Assembly (NCBI GenBank): GCA_012798435.1
Contig: JAAZNF010000085.1
Span: 695 to 64,694 of the forward strand
Direction: 5' to 3'
Length of the DNA: 64,000 nucleotides
From: Myxococcales bacterium
GTDB taxonomy: Bacteria > Myxococcota > B64-G9
The position numbers and the translations under genes are program-made. Positions 49,247 to 61,718 of this stretch are shown here, piece by piece. The notes under the pieces are model-generated. The model saw only the letters and a list, made by a program, of their open reading frames with translations. It was not told the origin of the DNA and ran no database searches. Numbering within the stretch: the first letter of the stretch is position 1; each line of letters begins with the position of its first letter.

Positions 49247-50077
49247 ATGACCCGGCTCTTGCTGCTCGCCTGGTTGCTTCAGCCCGCGGCCCAGATGTCC
49301 GCCGCCAGCTCGTTCGAGGCGGGCATGGCCTGCTTTGCCCGGCTCGATTTCGCGTGCGCCCGCGACCTCTTGACCGACGCGCTGCAAAGGCTCCCCGCCT
49401 CCGAGATTGACCGTCGGACCCAGGCGCGCCGGGCGCTGGCCGAATCTCACCTGGCGCTCGGCCAGCGCGAGGCGGCGGTGGCCCAGTTCGAGGCGCTCTT
49501 TCTCGAACGGCCGGGCTTCGCCATCGAGCGCCGCGGCGTGTCTCCCAAGATCCTGGACGCGCTGGACGAGGCCCGCGAGCGCCTGCGACCGACCGGCCCG
49601 CCCGCCGCGGAGCCTGCGGCGCCGACGCGCTTCGAGCTCTTCACGGACCTCGGCGCCGAGTTCGTCACGGGGACGGACCGGCGGTACCTGGCCGACGGGC
49701 CGGCCGCGGGGCTCGGGCTGCTTCGCCGGTTCGGCGCGCTGCGCCTGGGCGGCTGGTTGCGCTACACCCACCATCCCGCCGAGGCCAACTCGCGCAGCCT
49801 GCACCTTGGCGGCGGCTGTCTACTGGCGGGCTTGGCCTGGGAGACAGAACGCTGGGAGGCGCTGCTCGCGGCCGGGGTGGGCGTGGCCCGCTTCGGGGTG
49901 CCGGCGGAGGAGGGCCGCTTCGCGCTGTGGCTTCCGCTACGCGCGCGGGCGGGCTTTCGCTGGTCCGGGCGCTTCTCGACTGGCCTGGCGCTCACGCCGG
50001 GGTGGCTGCTATTGCTCGATGGCCCCGGATCCTCGTTCTCGGTGTCGCTGGAGGGCGTGGTGGGGTTCTGGTTCTAG
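49247..50077 (+). CDS. Secreted protein with N-terminal TPR-like helices and a C-terminal beta-barrel-like domain ending in Phe
   Basis: Signal peptide MTRLLLLAWLLQPAAQMSAA, helical N-terminal half, C-terminal strands ending VVGFWF. Confidence 0.4.
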   Translation: MTRLLLLAWLLQPAAQMSAASSFEAGMACFARLDFACARDLLTDALQRLPASEIDRRTQARRALAESHLALGQREAAVAQFEALFLERPGFAIERRGVSPKILDALDEARERLRPTGPPAAEPAAPTRFELFTDLGAEFVTGTDRRYLADGPAAGLGLLRRFGALRLGGWLRYTHHPAEANSRSLHLGGGCLLAGLAWETERWEALLAAGVGVARFGVPAEEGRFALWLPLRARAGFRWSGRFSTGLALTPGWLLLLDGPGSSFSVSLEGVVGFWF

Positions 50078-50090
50078 CGGGGATGAACGC

Positions 50091-51908
<1,818 letters not shown>

Positions 51909-51923
51909 GCGCAAGGAGGAACC

Positions 51924-54374
51924 ATGTCGAGGCGAGTGCCGTGGCTGCTGTGGCTGGTGCTGGGCGCCGGGTCGGCAGAGGCGCAAGGCATGCTCGGAGG
52001 GGTGTACTCGCCCTTCGACGTGAGCCTGCCATCGGCCTCGGTGGCCGATTGCGACGACCCCACCGCGTTGCTCCTCAACCCGGCGGCGCTCTCCTGGACT
52101 CCGGCCGGGGAGACCCTGTTCCTGGAGGAGGAGCGATTCTCCGTCGAGGGCGGCACCACGCGGGGCCGATCCTTCTCCATGTTGCTTTCGCTGCGGCGGC
52201 TGGGGTTGGGCGTGCAGTACGTCCAGCCCGACACCGGCAACGAACGGCGGGAGTTCCTCAAGTACACCCTGGCCTGGCCGCTCGTCACCGCGGGGCGCTT
52301 CCTCTCCATCGGCGCCGGTCTGGAGATCCTGGACCCCACTCGCACGGCAGAGGAACCGTCGCTGGAGTGGACCGTTGGAGCCATGGTGCGGCCGACGCGT
52401 TTCCTCAGCCTGGGCGTGGTCGGGCGCAACCTGGCCGAGTCTGCCGTCGGGGGCATCCGCGGCGTGCGTACCCTGGATCTGGGCCTGGCGGTGCGCCCGT
52501 TGTGGTTCGACTTCGAGCGCCTGACGCTGGCGGTGGACGCGCGGTTGCAAGAGGACGTGGCCGATCCGCCCCTGCGGTTCACCGGGCGGGTGCGCCTGCT
52601 CGACGGGATAGAGATCTTCGGCTCGGCGGACCTCGAGGGTCGCTTCGGCGCCGGGGTGATGCTGGACTTTTCGCACATGGCGGCCGGGAGCTACCTGGGC
52701 ATCGGCAAGGACGACGGGCCGGCCCTCGGCTCGGTGGTGAGCATGCTGCGGTTTTCCACCGAAGCGCGGCCCGGTTTCGTGATCCCGCGCGGCGGCACCG
52801 CGGTGTTCGTGCTGGACCGTGAGCTGGTGGTGGAGGAGGCCCCGGTCTGGCGCATGTTCGGCTCGCGCCCCACCCTGGGCGATGTGATTCAGGCACTGAG
52901 ACGGGCCGCCCAGGACCCAGCCATCGACTCGGTGCTGCTGAAGATCTCGGATCCGGCGCTACGGCTCTCCGACGTCGATGAGCTGCGCGCCGCGCTGGGC
53001 GAGGTCCGCCAGGCGGGAAAGAAGGTCTTCGCCTACCTGCTCGACGCGGACAACGTCCGCTACTACCTGGCCTCGGCCGCGGACGCCATCTACATGTCCC
53101 CGGCCGGCATGATGGCGGTGCTGGGGCCGGTGACGAAGGCCACCTTCTTCGCCGGGACGCTGGAGTGGCTGGGGGTGCGGATCGAGGCGCTGCGCATCGG
53201 CAAGTACAAGACCGCGGTGGAGACCTTCACCGAGCGCGAGCCGTCGGAAGGCTTGCGCGAGGTCATGCAGAGCCTCAGCGACGAGGCGTTCGGCCACGTC
53301 ATGAGCGCCATCGCCCGCGACCGCGGGGTGACGCTGGAGCGGGTGCGGGAACTGTTGGAGCGGGGTGTGATGCGCCCGCAACAGGCCCGCGAGGCCGGCT
53401 GGGTGGACGGGGTGGCCTACGAGGACGAGCTGGAGGGGCTGCTGGGGTCGGTGCTGGCCCACCCGACCTCGCTGAAAGACGGCTACCTCGCCCGCCGGTC
53501 GCATCGGGACGTGTGGGGGCGGCTCCCGACCATCGCGGTGGTGCACGCCAGCGGCAGCATCACCGGAGACGGCGGGGTGGGTGGCATCCAGGCGGGCGAG
53601 CTGGCCGGGTTGCTCGGCAGCCTGCGGGACGACCCGGCGGTGGCGGCCGTGGTGCTGCGGGTGGACTCGCCGGGAGGGAGCGGGGCGGCCTCGGAGATCA
53701 TCTGGCGCGAGATGGTCCGCCTGCGCGAGAAAAAACCCGTCATCGTGTCCATGTCCAGCGTGGCCGCCTCCGGTGGCTACTACATCAGCGCCCCGGCCCA
53801 CGTGATCGTGGCCGATCCCATGACCATCACTGGCTCCATCGGCGTCTTCGTGATGTTCGCCGACCTGAGTAGGCTGTACCAGAACGTGGGTGTCTCCCAG
53901 GCCGTCGAGAAGCGCGGCGAACATGCGGATCTGGACAGCACCTTCCGCGCCCGCACCCCGGCGGAGCTCGAGATGCTCCAGAAGAACATCGAGGCCTTCT
54001 ACCAGGACTTCCTCCAGAAGGTGGCCCAGGGACGTGACATGACCGTCGAGGAGGTGGATGCCATCGCCCAGGGCCGCGTCTGGACAGGGCGGCAGGCGGC
54101 CGAGAACGGTCTGGTGGACGAGTTGGGCGGGTTGTCGCGCGCCATCCAGATCGCGCGGGAGAAGATGGGGCTTCGGCCGGATGAGCAGGCCCGCATCGTT
54201 CACCTGCCCAGGGCGAGGTTCTCGCTCGGCGCGCTGCTCGGAGAGCTGGGGATCGTCGAGGAGAAGGAGCCAGCCGTCGCGGCGCTGGAGGAGAAACTCA
54301 GGCTCATCGCCGCGCTGGCCTCGCTCGGCCCGGAGCCGATGGCGATGCTGCCGTGGATTTTCGAGGTGAATTAA
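51924..54374 (+). CDS. sppA: Signal peptide peptidase SppA (protease IV, two S49 domains) with an N-terminal extension of about 270 aa
   Basis: Two ClpP/crotonase-like S49 modules (LLKISDPALRL...VFAYL... and VLRVDSPGGSGAASE...SMSSVAASGGYYIS). A cleavable signal peptide and an extra N-terminal domain containing LLLNPAAL. Confidence 0.7.
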   Translation: MSRRVPWLLWLVLGAGSAEAQGMLGGVYSPFDVSLPSASVADCDDPTALLLNPAALSWTPAGETLFLEEERFSVEGGTTRGRSFSMLLSLRRLGLGVQYVQPDTGNERREFLKYTLAWPLVTAGRFLSIGAGLEILDPTRTAEEPSLEWTVGAMVRPTRFLSLGVVGRNLAESAVGGIRGVRTLDLGLAVRPLWFDFERLTLAVDARLQEDVADPPLRFTGRVRLLDGIEIFGSADLEGRFGAGVMLDFSHMAAGSYLGIGKDDGPALGSVVSMLRFSTEARPGFVIPRGGTAVFVLDRELVVEEAPVWRMFGSRPTLGDVIQALRRAAQDPAIDSVLLKISDPALRLSDVDELRAALGEVRQAGKKVFAYLLDADNVRYYLASAADAIYMSPAGMMAVLGPVTKATFFAGTLEWLGVRIEALRIGKYKTAVETFTEREPSEGLREVMQSLSDEAFGHVMSAIARDRGVTLERVRELLERGVMRPQQAREAGWVDGVAYEDELEGLLGSVLAHPTSLKDGYLARRSHRDVWGRLPTIAVVHASGSITGDGGVGGIQAGELAGLLGSLRDDPAVAAVVLRVDSPGGSGAASEIIWREMVRLREKKPVIVSMSSVAASGGYYISAPAHVIVADPMTITGSIGVFVMFADLSRLYQNVGVSQAVEKRGEHADLDSTFRARTPAELEMLQKNIEAFYQDFLQKVAQGRDMTVEEVDAIAQGRVWTGRQAAENGLVDELGGLSRAIQIAREKMGLRPDEQARIVHLPRARFSLGALLGELGIVEEKEPAVAALEEKLRLIAALASLGPEPMAMLPWIFEVN

Positions 54375-54402
54375 AAAAAGAGGGAGACGCAACAGAAGCG
54401 TG

Positions 54403-54480
54403 GGCGGGGGGGAAACCCACAACTTACTGGGATGCATCTCCCATAAAATTGAGGAGCTATCGAGCAGGCTGGACAGGCGG
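54403..54480 (+). repeat. Two identical 15-mers GGCGGGGGGGAAACC, 63 bp apart, in the AT-rich island (candidate upstream activator sites)
   Basis: Copies at 54403-54417 and 54466-54480, about 85-160 nt upstream of the candidate sigma-54 promoter. Confidence 0.5.
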
Positions 54481-54561
54481 GGGGGAAACCTTGCCGGCCC
54501 GCAGCGATTTCTCCTCTAACTCTAACCCGATTTTCAAATGGACCCGAAATATTTCGAATCC

Positions 54562-54578
54562 TGGCATCTTTTTAGCAA
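54562..54578 (+). promoter_or_regulatory. Candidate sigma-54 (-24/-12) promoter TGGCAT-N5-TTAGCA, upstream of the NtrC-like regulator gene
   Basis: TGGCATCTTTTTAGCA has GG and GC spaced exactly as in the consensus TGGCAC-N5-TTGCA. It lies about 165 nt upstream of the ATG at 54742, inside an AT-rich island. Confidence 0.45.
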
Positions 54579-54655
54579 TACGCGTGCCAAAATTAATTTC
54601 TCACAACAAGTTGATTGATAAGCTGTTTTGATATGAATGTAACCAAAAAAATATG

Positions 54656-54684
54656 TTGACAATACCACATTCGGGGTAATAATA
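54656..54684 (+). promoter_or_regulatory. Candidate sigma-70-like promoter (TTGACA, 17 nt spacer, ATAATA)
   Basis: Perfect -35 TTGACA at 54656-54661 and an AT-rich -10 (ATAATA/TAATAC) 17 nt downstream. It lies about 60 nt upstream of the 54742 start. Confidence 0.4.
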
Positions 54685-54741
54685 CCTCATTTATGCGTGA
54701 GTTACATTTCCAGGGATGAGGTCTTTTTACCAGGGTACGAC

Positions 54742-56163
<1,422 letters not shown>

Positions 56164-56255
56164 CGCCGGCGCATCCGCAGTTTGTCCTCCACGCCGGCAT
56201 CTGCTATCCTGCGCTCGCTTCCCGCCGGGTCTTGCGCGGCGAAGGATGGAGCGGT

Positions 56256-56903
56256 ATGGCGAAACGGTCGACAGCCAGGCGACGTGTGATGAGGCCGCTT
56301 TCGCGGGGAGAGCAAGAGCGCCAGCGGAAGCGGGCGCGAGCCGGGCGCACGAGCCGGGCTCGCCCGTCCGCCCGGGTGGCAGTCCCTCGGGTCGGTTTCG
56401 GATACGATGTCCACCGCCTCGTACCCGGCCGCCGCCTGCGTCTGTGCGGTGTGGACGTCCCCTCGCCGGTCGGGCCGCTGGCCCACTCGGACGGCGACTG
56501 CGCGCTGCACGCGCTCATGGACGCCATCCTCGGCGCCTGTGGCCTGCCGGACATCGGTCAGCTCTTCCCGAACACCGACGCGCGCTTCGCGGGCGCGGAC
56601 TCCCGCCGCTTGCTCGCCGAGGTGGTGGAAAGGGCGCGGCGGGCGGGGTACCGGGTATCCTCGGTCGACGTCTTCTTGCTGGTCGAGCGCCCGCGCTTGA
56701 GCCCTCACCTGGCCGCGATGCGGGCCGTGCTCGCCGGCTGTCTGCGGGTCTCCCCGGACGCGGTGGGGCTCCAGGCGACCAGCGGAGAGGGGTTGGGCTT
56801 CGTCGGCCGGGGAGAGGGCCTGGCCGCCTGGGCCGTGGCGGTGATGACGGCGGACGAGGCGCATCCGCGATCGCACCGAACCAAGAAAGGAATCGGCACG
56901 TGA
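56256..56903 (+). CDS. ispF: 2-C-methyl-D-erythritol 2,4-cyclodiphosphate synthase
   Basis: RVGFGYDVHRL, SDGDCALHALMDAILGA and the zinc/CDP-binding motifs. The ATG at 56256 follows AAGGATGGAG; the alternative GTG at 56376 would give the canonical length of about 176 aa. Confidence 0.8.
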   Translation: MAKRSTARRRVMRPLSRGEQERQRKRARAGRTSRARPSARVAVPRVGFGYDVHRLVPGRRLRLCGVDVPSPVGPLAHSDGDCALHALMDAILGACGLPDIGQLFPNTDARFAGADSRRLLAEVVERARRAGYRVSSVDVFLLVERPRLSPHLAAMRAVLAGCLRVSPDAVGLQATSGEGLGFVGRGEGLAAWAVAVMTADEAHPRSHRTKKGIGT

Positions 56904-57565
56904 CCTTGGAGCCCGAGACCCCCGCTGGTGACGCGGGCGAGGCATCCGCGGAGGAGATCCAGGCGTTGCTGCGGCGCCTGCGCGCCCGGCGCCTGCGCCA
57001 CCTGGTGCTGTTGTGCGTGTTCGCGGTGTTTTCCGGCGTCTTGCTGTGGATGCTGCGGGACGAGATCGGTTACTTCTTCTCCTCGGGCGAGCCGCTCGAT
57101 CTGGGCGCGGCCGAGGAGCTATCACCGCGCGCACTTCCCCACAACACCTTCGTCTCGGTCCAGGGGATCGCGCGCGACCTGTGCGTGCGGGCCGACCTGC
57201 TCACCGGCAAGGTGCGCTTCTTGTACCTGCTGGGTTCGGAGATGGGCAGCCGCATCCTGATCCAGGTGCCGGCGGGGGACGAGGGCGGGTGCCTGGGCGC
57301 GGAGGAGCGCGCCTTTCGCGGCCGGCTGGTGGCGCTGGCCGCCACGCGCCGCTTCGACGGGGTGGTGACCTACTACCGCGAGCACTTTCCCTCGGCGCCG
57401 CGCGACGGCGCGCTGTACCTGTTGCTGGACGGCGAACGCCCCCGCTCGGGGTGGTTCTACCCGGCCGTGGTGGGGGTGCTGCTGCTCCTCTTCGCCATCA
57501 ATCTGCGGCTTCTCGTGAAGATGCGGCGGCGCATCCGGGAAGTCGCCACGGGAGACGCGGGATGA
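56900..57565 (+). CDS. Hypothetical membrane protein with two TM helices
   Basis: GTG start overlapping the ispF stop (GTGA), with AGAAAGGAA RBS. TM helices LVLLCVFAVFSGVLLWML and AVVGVLLLLFAINL. Stop overlaps the cysS start. Confidence 0.4.
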   Translation: MTLEPETPAGDAGEASAEEIQALLRRLRARRLRHLVLLCVFAVFSGVLLWMLRDEIGYFFSSGEPLDLGAAEELSPRALPHNTFVSVQGIARDLCVRADLLTGKVRFLYLLGSEMGSRILIQVPAGDEGGCLGAEERAFRGRLVALAATRRFDGVVTYYREHFPSAPRDGALYLLLDGERPRSGWFYPAVVGVLLLLFAINLRLLVKMRRRIREVATGDAG

Positions 57566-59136
57566 CCATTTCCATCTTCAATACCCTCTCCAACCGCAAG
57601 GAGGAGTTCCGCCCCCTGGCGCCTCCCCGAGTGGGCATGTACGTGTGCGGCGTCACCGTCTACGACATGTGCCACGTGGGTCACGCCCGGGCCTACGTCA
57701 CCGCCGACGTGATCTTCCGCTACCTGAACTTCCGCGGCTACCAGGTGACGTACGTGCGCAACTTCACCGACGTGGACGACAAGATCATCCGCCGCGCGGG
57801 CGAGCTGGGCATCCCCACCCGCGAGCTCTCCGAGCGCTACATCCGCGAGTTCTACGACGACATGGACGCGCTGTTCGTGCGCCGCCCCCAGGTCGAGCCC
57901 AAGGTGACCGAACACATCCCGGAGATCGTGGACATGGTGCGGCGGCTGCTCGAGCGCGGCCACGCCTACGTGGTGGACGGCGACGTGTACTTCGACGTGC
58001 GCTCCTTCCCCATGTACGGGCGGCTGTCGGGGCGCAACCTGAACGACATGAAGGCCGGGGCCCGCGTCGAGGTGGACGAGCGCAAGCGCTACGCCCTCGA
58101 CTTCGCCCTGTGGAAGGCCAGCAAGTCGGGAGAGCCGGCCTGGGACAGCCCGTGGGGGCCGGGCCGGCCCGGCTGGCACATCGAGTGCTCCACCATGAGC
58201 AGCAAGTACCTGGGTGACACCTTCGACCTGCACGGCGGCGGCAAGGACCTGGTGTTCCCCCACCACGAGAACGAGATCGCCCAGAGCGAGGCCGCCACCG
58301 GCAAGCCGTTCGTGAAGGTGTTCTTCCACAACGGCTTCGTCAACATCGACAAGGAGAAGATGTCGAAGAGCCTGGGCAACTTCTTCACCATCCGCGAGAT
58401 CCGCGAGCGCTACGATCCCGAGGCGCTGCGCCTGTTCATCCTCACCACCCACTACCGCAGCCCCATCAACTTCGAGGTGCAGCTGTGCTGCCCGTCCTGC
58501 GACGGGCCGCTGACCTCCGAGGCCTACCAGGCGCGCGCGTGTCCCGGGTGCGGCAAGGCCTTCGAGGCCGAGGCCGGCCGGCGCGCGGTGCGCTTCCCCG
58601 CGCTGGAGGAGGCCCAGCGCCGCCTGGTGTACCTGTACGAGACGCGGGCCCGGCTGAACCGGGCGCTGGGGTCGCTGGCCACCGGCATGGGCGAGGCGCT
58701 GCGCGCGCAGGAGATCGAGGCGCTGCGGGCGAAGTTCCTCGATGCCATGGACGACGACTTCAACGCCGCCGCCGCCCTGGCGGCGCTGTCCGACGCCGCC
58801 CGGCTGGCCAACGAGGTGCTGGACAACAAGGCCGGGCAATCCGAGACCCTGGTCGTCTCCACCGCCCAGCGCCTCCAGGACCTGTTCGGGGTCTTTTCGG
58901 AGGTGTTGGGGCTGCTCGAGCGCGACCCGGCCGCGGCGCTCGACTCGCTCTCCCGCCGCGCCCTGGGCGCGCGCGCGCTCGATCCGGCCGAGATCGAGCG
59001 GATGATCGGCGAGCGCAACGCGGCGCGAAAGCGCAAGGACTTCAAGGAGGCCGATCGCATCCGCGATCAGTTGCTCCAGCAGGGCATCGAGCTGATGGAT
59101 TCGCCCCAGGGCACCCGCTGGCGGGCCAAGGGGTGA
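57562..59136 (+). CDS. cysS: Cysteinyl-tRNA synthetase
   Basis: Class I HIGH (MCHVGHAR), zinc-binding Cys residues, and KMSKS. It contains an inserted CxxC...CxxC ribbon (CCPSCDG...CPGCGK). Confidence 0.9.
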   Translation: MTISIFNTLSNRKEEFRPLAPPRVGMYVCGVTVYDMCHVGHARAYVTADVIFRYLNFRGYQVTYVRNFTDVDDKIIRRAGELGIPTRELSERYIREFYDDMDALFVRRPQVEPKVTEHIPEIVDMVRRLLERGHAYVVDGDVYFDVRSFPMYGRLSGRNLNDMKAGARVEVDERKRYALDFALWKASKSGEPAWDSPWGPGRPGWHIECSTMSSKYLGDTFDLHGGGKDLVFPHHENEIAQSEAATGKPFVKVFFHNGFVNIDKEKMSKSLGNFFTIREIRERYDPEALRLFILTTHYRSPINFEVQLCCPSCDGPLTSEAYQARACPGCGKAFEAEAGRRAVRFPALEEAQRRLVYLYETRARLNRALGSLATGMGEALRAQEIEALRAKFLDAMDDDFNAAAALAALSDAARLANEVLDNKAGQSETLVVSTAQRLQDLFGVFSEVLGLLERDPAAALDSLSRRALGARALDPAEIERMIGERNAARKRKDFKEADRIRDQLLQQGIELMDSPQGTRWRAKG

Positions 59137-59180
59137 GACGCCCTTCCGGCGCCGTCTCCGCCCACTCGCGTTTTCTGGAG

Positions 59181-59280
59181 TCTGCCTTCGCTTCGAGACT
59201 CTCGGCGATAGCCTTCGCTCGGCTTGTGCTGTCGAGGGCCTACGGTCCCTTCGGGATTCGCTTCGCTCACCCTTGAGGTT
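59181..59280. repeat. Copy A of the dispersed intergenic repeat (TCTGCCTTCGCTTCG ... TAGCCTTCGCTCGGCTTGT ... stem-loop containing CGCTTCGCTC)
   Basis: Same 19-mer plus the TCGCTTCGCTC(A/G)CCCTTGA(G/C)G module. The stem GTCGAGGG / CCCTTGAG has an A-to-G change relative to copy B that a G-U pair would still accommodate. Confidence 0.5.
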
Positions 59281-59407
59281 CCGGCGGGGCTTTTCTTGGG
59301 TGGCGTCTTTTTCTGGGGTTCTTCCATAGGGGATCGAGAGGGTGCGGCGCCCTCGCTGAGTGTCTTTCGGTTTGCTCGTGTTCCCGCAATCGGGGGGAGC
59401 TCGCGCT

Positions 59408-61597
59408 TCAGCGCGCCCGCAGGTCGAGCTTGGAGGAGTAGGGGTCGGTGCGCAGGTTGTGCTTGAAGTTGCTCACCCAGGCCAGATCGCCGGCGGCGTT
59501 CATCACCTGGTCGGCGAAGAAGCCGTAGGCCCCCTCGAAGGCGTCCCCGGAGAGCTTGCGCGCCAGCACCTCCACCGCCCACACCCCGGCAGGGTTGCGG
59601 ATGGCGTAATCCAGATCCAGCGAGGTGCCGTCCTGGTAGGCCAAACGCACGTTGCCGGCGGAGTCGAGCAGGATGCTGGCGTAATTGCCCACCCAGTGCA
59701 GGCCCTCGGCCGCGTGCGCCGGATCGGTCGGGTCGCCGTTCGCGTCCCTGGCGCCGGCGTCCACCAGCTCGATGGCGGCGGCGGCCACGTTGGTGCCGGG
59801 GAAGCTCAGGTAGTACAGGCTGCCCAGATCGGCGTCCTGGAAGGCGATGTGCACACGGCTGTCGGCCCCGATGGCCAGCGTGGCCTCGGCCCCCAGGTTG
59901 CCCAGGTCCTGCCCGCCGCCGTCCTCGCCGGCGAGGGTGACCGGCGCGCCGAAACTGCCCGCGCTGGTGTTGAACAATACGAACTTCAGATTGCCGCGCA
60001 GGCTGTCGTAGTAGGCCACGGCCGGCACGTCCCCGGGGTAGAGCGCCAGGCTGGCGAACAGCCCCACCCCTGGCGGCAGATCCTCCAGGCCCGGCTCCGG
60101 CATGAGATCCTGGCACCCACCGGCCACGCAGGCCTGGTCGCTTCCGCAGCCCGCGCCGCCCCCGCAGTTGGCCGGGTCGTCGGCGGTGGCGCAGGCGCCG
60201 CTGTCCTTCAGGCATACGGTGCCGGCCGCGCAGTCGGCGGGAGCGCAGGGGACCGCCGCCGTGTCGGCCACGTAGATGCTCCAGTCGGTCACGGCCGCCG
60301 GATTGGGCACGGTGGCCCAGGCCAGGCGCAAGCTGGCCTGGAGGTTGTCCTTCACCGTCATGTAGGCGATGAGCGGCCGACCCTGGGAGTCGATGGCCAG
60401 CGAGGTGAAGCGGCCGGTGTCGCCCAGGTTGTCCACCACCTGCACCATCCATTGCGCTCCGTCGAAGGCGGCGTACTTGAGATCGCCGTGGGTGCGGTCG
60501 TAGTAGGAGATGCGCGGCAGGCCGTCGGCGCCCACTACGATGTCGGTGTCCCAGCCCACGTCGTCACCCGGCTCGGCGATGCCGCCGCGGGGGCCGGCCG
60601 CCGCGCCCACGCAGGGGGCGCCGTCGGGGACGCCGTCCACGAAGCTCCAGCGCACCGTGGCCCCCGCCTGGGCGGCCTCGGCCACGCCGAAGATCAGATC
60701 GCCGTAGGGCCGGCCGAAGTAGCCCGAGAACACCGGTACCCCGTCCGCCCCGAGGGCCACGGCCGAGTGCTGTCCGGCGAAGGCGTCGGGGAGCGGCGGC
60801 AGCGGCAGGCAGGAGCAGTCCGCGCCTTCGATGGCGCAGCTCTGCTCGCTCACCGAGCCGCCCGGATCGGGGTTGACCTGCTCGCAGGCGGGGCAGGTGA
60901 CGCCCTCGCAGGCCACCGGGATGTCGCGGCACAGCTGGTCCTGGCGGCAGCAGTATTTTCCGTCGGGGCAGGTGCCGCCGCACGGGGCGCAGCACTTGCA
61001 CTCGCCGAGCTTGCAGCAGCCGAAGGTGTCACCGGCGCATTCCTGGTAGAGCGGGAAGCCGCTGTCCTGGCACTGGGCGTCGGACTCGCAGCGCACGTAG
61101 TCGCACACCCGGCAACCCAGATCGGGATCGGGGTCCGGGGTGCAGAAACGGGGCTGGGTGCCGTCGGGAGGGCAGTCGCCGTCGGAAGTGCAGGCGAAGC
61201 TCCGGCAGCAACTGTCCTTGCACTCCATGCACACGCCCAGGTCGGCGCAGTCGGCGTTGCGCTCACAGGTCTTGGTGGTGCAGGCCGGTCCGCAATCGGT
61301 GGTGCATTTCCCGTCCTTGCAGCACTCGCCCTGGCCCTTGCACGGGTAGTCGGGCTCGTAGCACTCCACCAGCCCGCCGCAGCATTTGTCGATGCAGGTG
61401 GCGCCGCCGCTACAGGTGCTGGAGTCCTGGCACTCCAGCCCCGGCGGGCAGATGCCGTGCAGGGTCGGGTTGTCGCAGTCGCAGTCGGAGAACGAGAGCG
61501 TCGCCCCCAGGAGGAAGAGGCCGCCACGAAAAACAAAACGTCGGAGGGTCACGGCATCTCCTTTCGTAAACGACCGGGTCTTTCGGTACCGGCTCAT
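59408..61597 (-). CDS. Large secreted cysteine-rich protein with C-terminal beta-propeller-like repeats
   Basis: Signal peptide; N-terminal roughly 250 aa with more than 60 Cys (CC and CxC clusters). The C-terminal region has repeats containing YYDRTHGDLKYAAF, YYDSLRGNLKFVLF and LYYLSF, suggestive of blades. Alternative start GTG at 61552. Confidence 0.5.
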   Translation of the reverse strand: MSRYRKTRSFTKGDAVTLRRFVFRGGLFLLGATLSFSDCDCDNPTLHGICPPGLECQDSSTCSGGATCIDKCCGGLVECYEPDYPCKGQGECCKDGKCTTDCGPACTTKTCERNADCADLGVCMECKDSCCRSFACTSDGDCPPDGTQPRFCTPDPDPDLGCRVCDYVRCESDAQCQDSGFPLYQECAGDTFGCCKLGECKCCAPCGGTCPDGKYCCRQDQLCRDIPVACEGVTCPACEQVNPDPGGSVSEQSCAIEGADCSCLPLPPLPDAFAGQHSAVALGADGVPVFSGYFGRPYGDLIFGVAEAAQAGATVRWSFVDGVPDGAPCVGAAAGPRGGIAEPGDDVGWDTDIVVGADGLPRISYYDRTHGDLKYAAFDGAQWMVQVVDNLGDTGRFTSLAIDSQGRPLIAYMTVKDNLQASLRLAWATVPNPAAVTDWSIYVADTAAVPCAPADCAAGTVCLKDSGACATADDPANCGGGAGCGSDQACVAGGCQDLMPEPGLEDLPPGVGLFASLALYPGDVPAVAYYDSLRGNLKFVLFNTSAGSFGAPVTLAGEDGGGQDLGNLGAEATLAIGADSRVHIAFQDADLGSLYYLSFPGTNVAAAAIELVDAGARDANGDPTDPAHAAEGLHWVGNYASILLDSAGNVRLAYQDGTSLDLDYAIRNPAGVWAVEVLARKLSGDAFEGAYGFFADQVMNAAGDLAWVSNFKHNLRTDPYSSKLDLRAR

Positions 61598-61718
61598 TAT
61601 GGCAGGATCTTCCGAGCGGGCGCAAGTCAGGGGGAGCCCCGGGACGGAGCGTACGCGCTTGACCCTGCCTCGCGTGTTCGGATAGCGTGGCGGGCGAGGC
61701 CTCTACCGGAGGGACGGC

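Noticed and set aside
54353-54631. 92-aa ORF inside the AT-rich island
   Set aside because: It starts inside the sppA 3' end, its composition follows the AT-rich DNA rather than coding bias, and there is no RBS. More likely a non-coding regulatory region.
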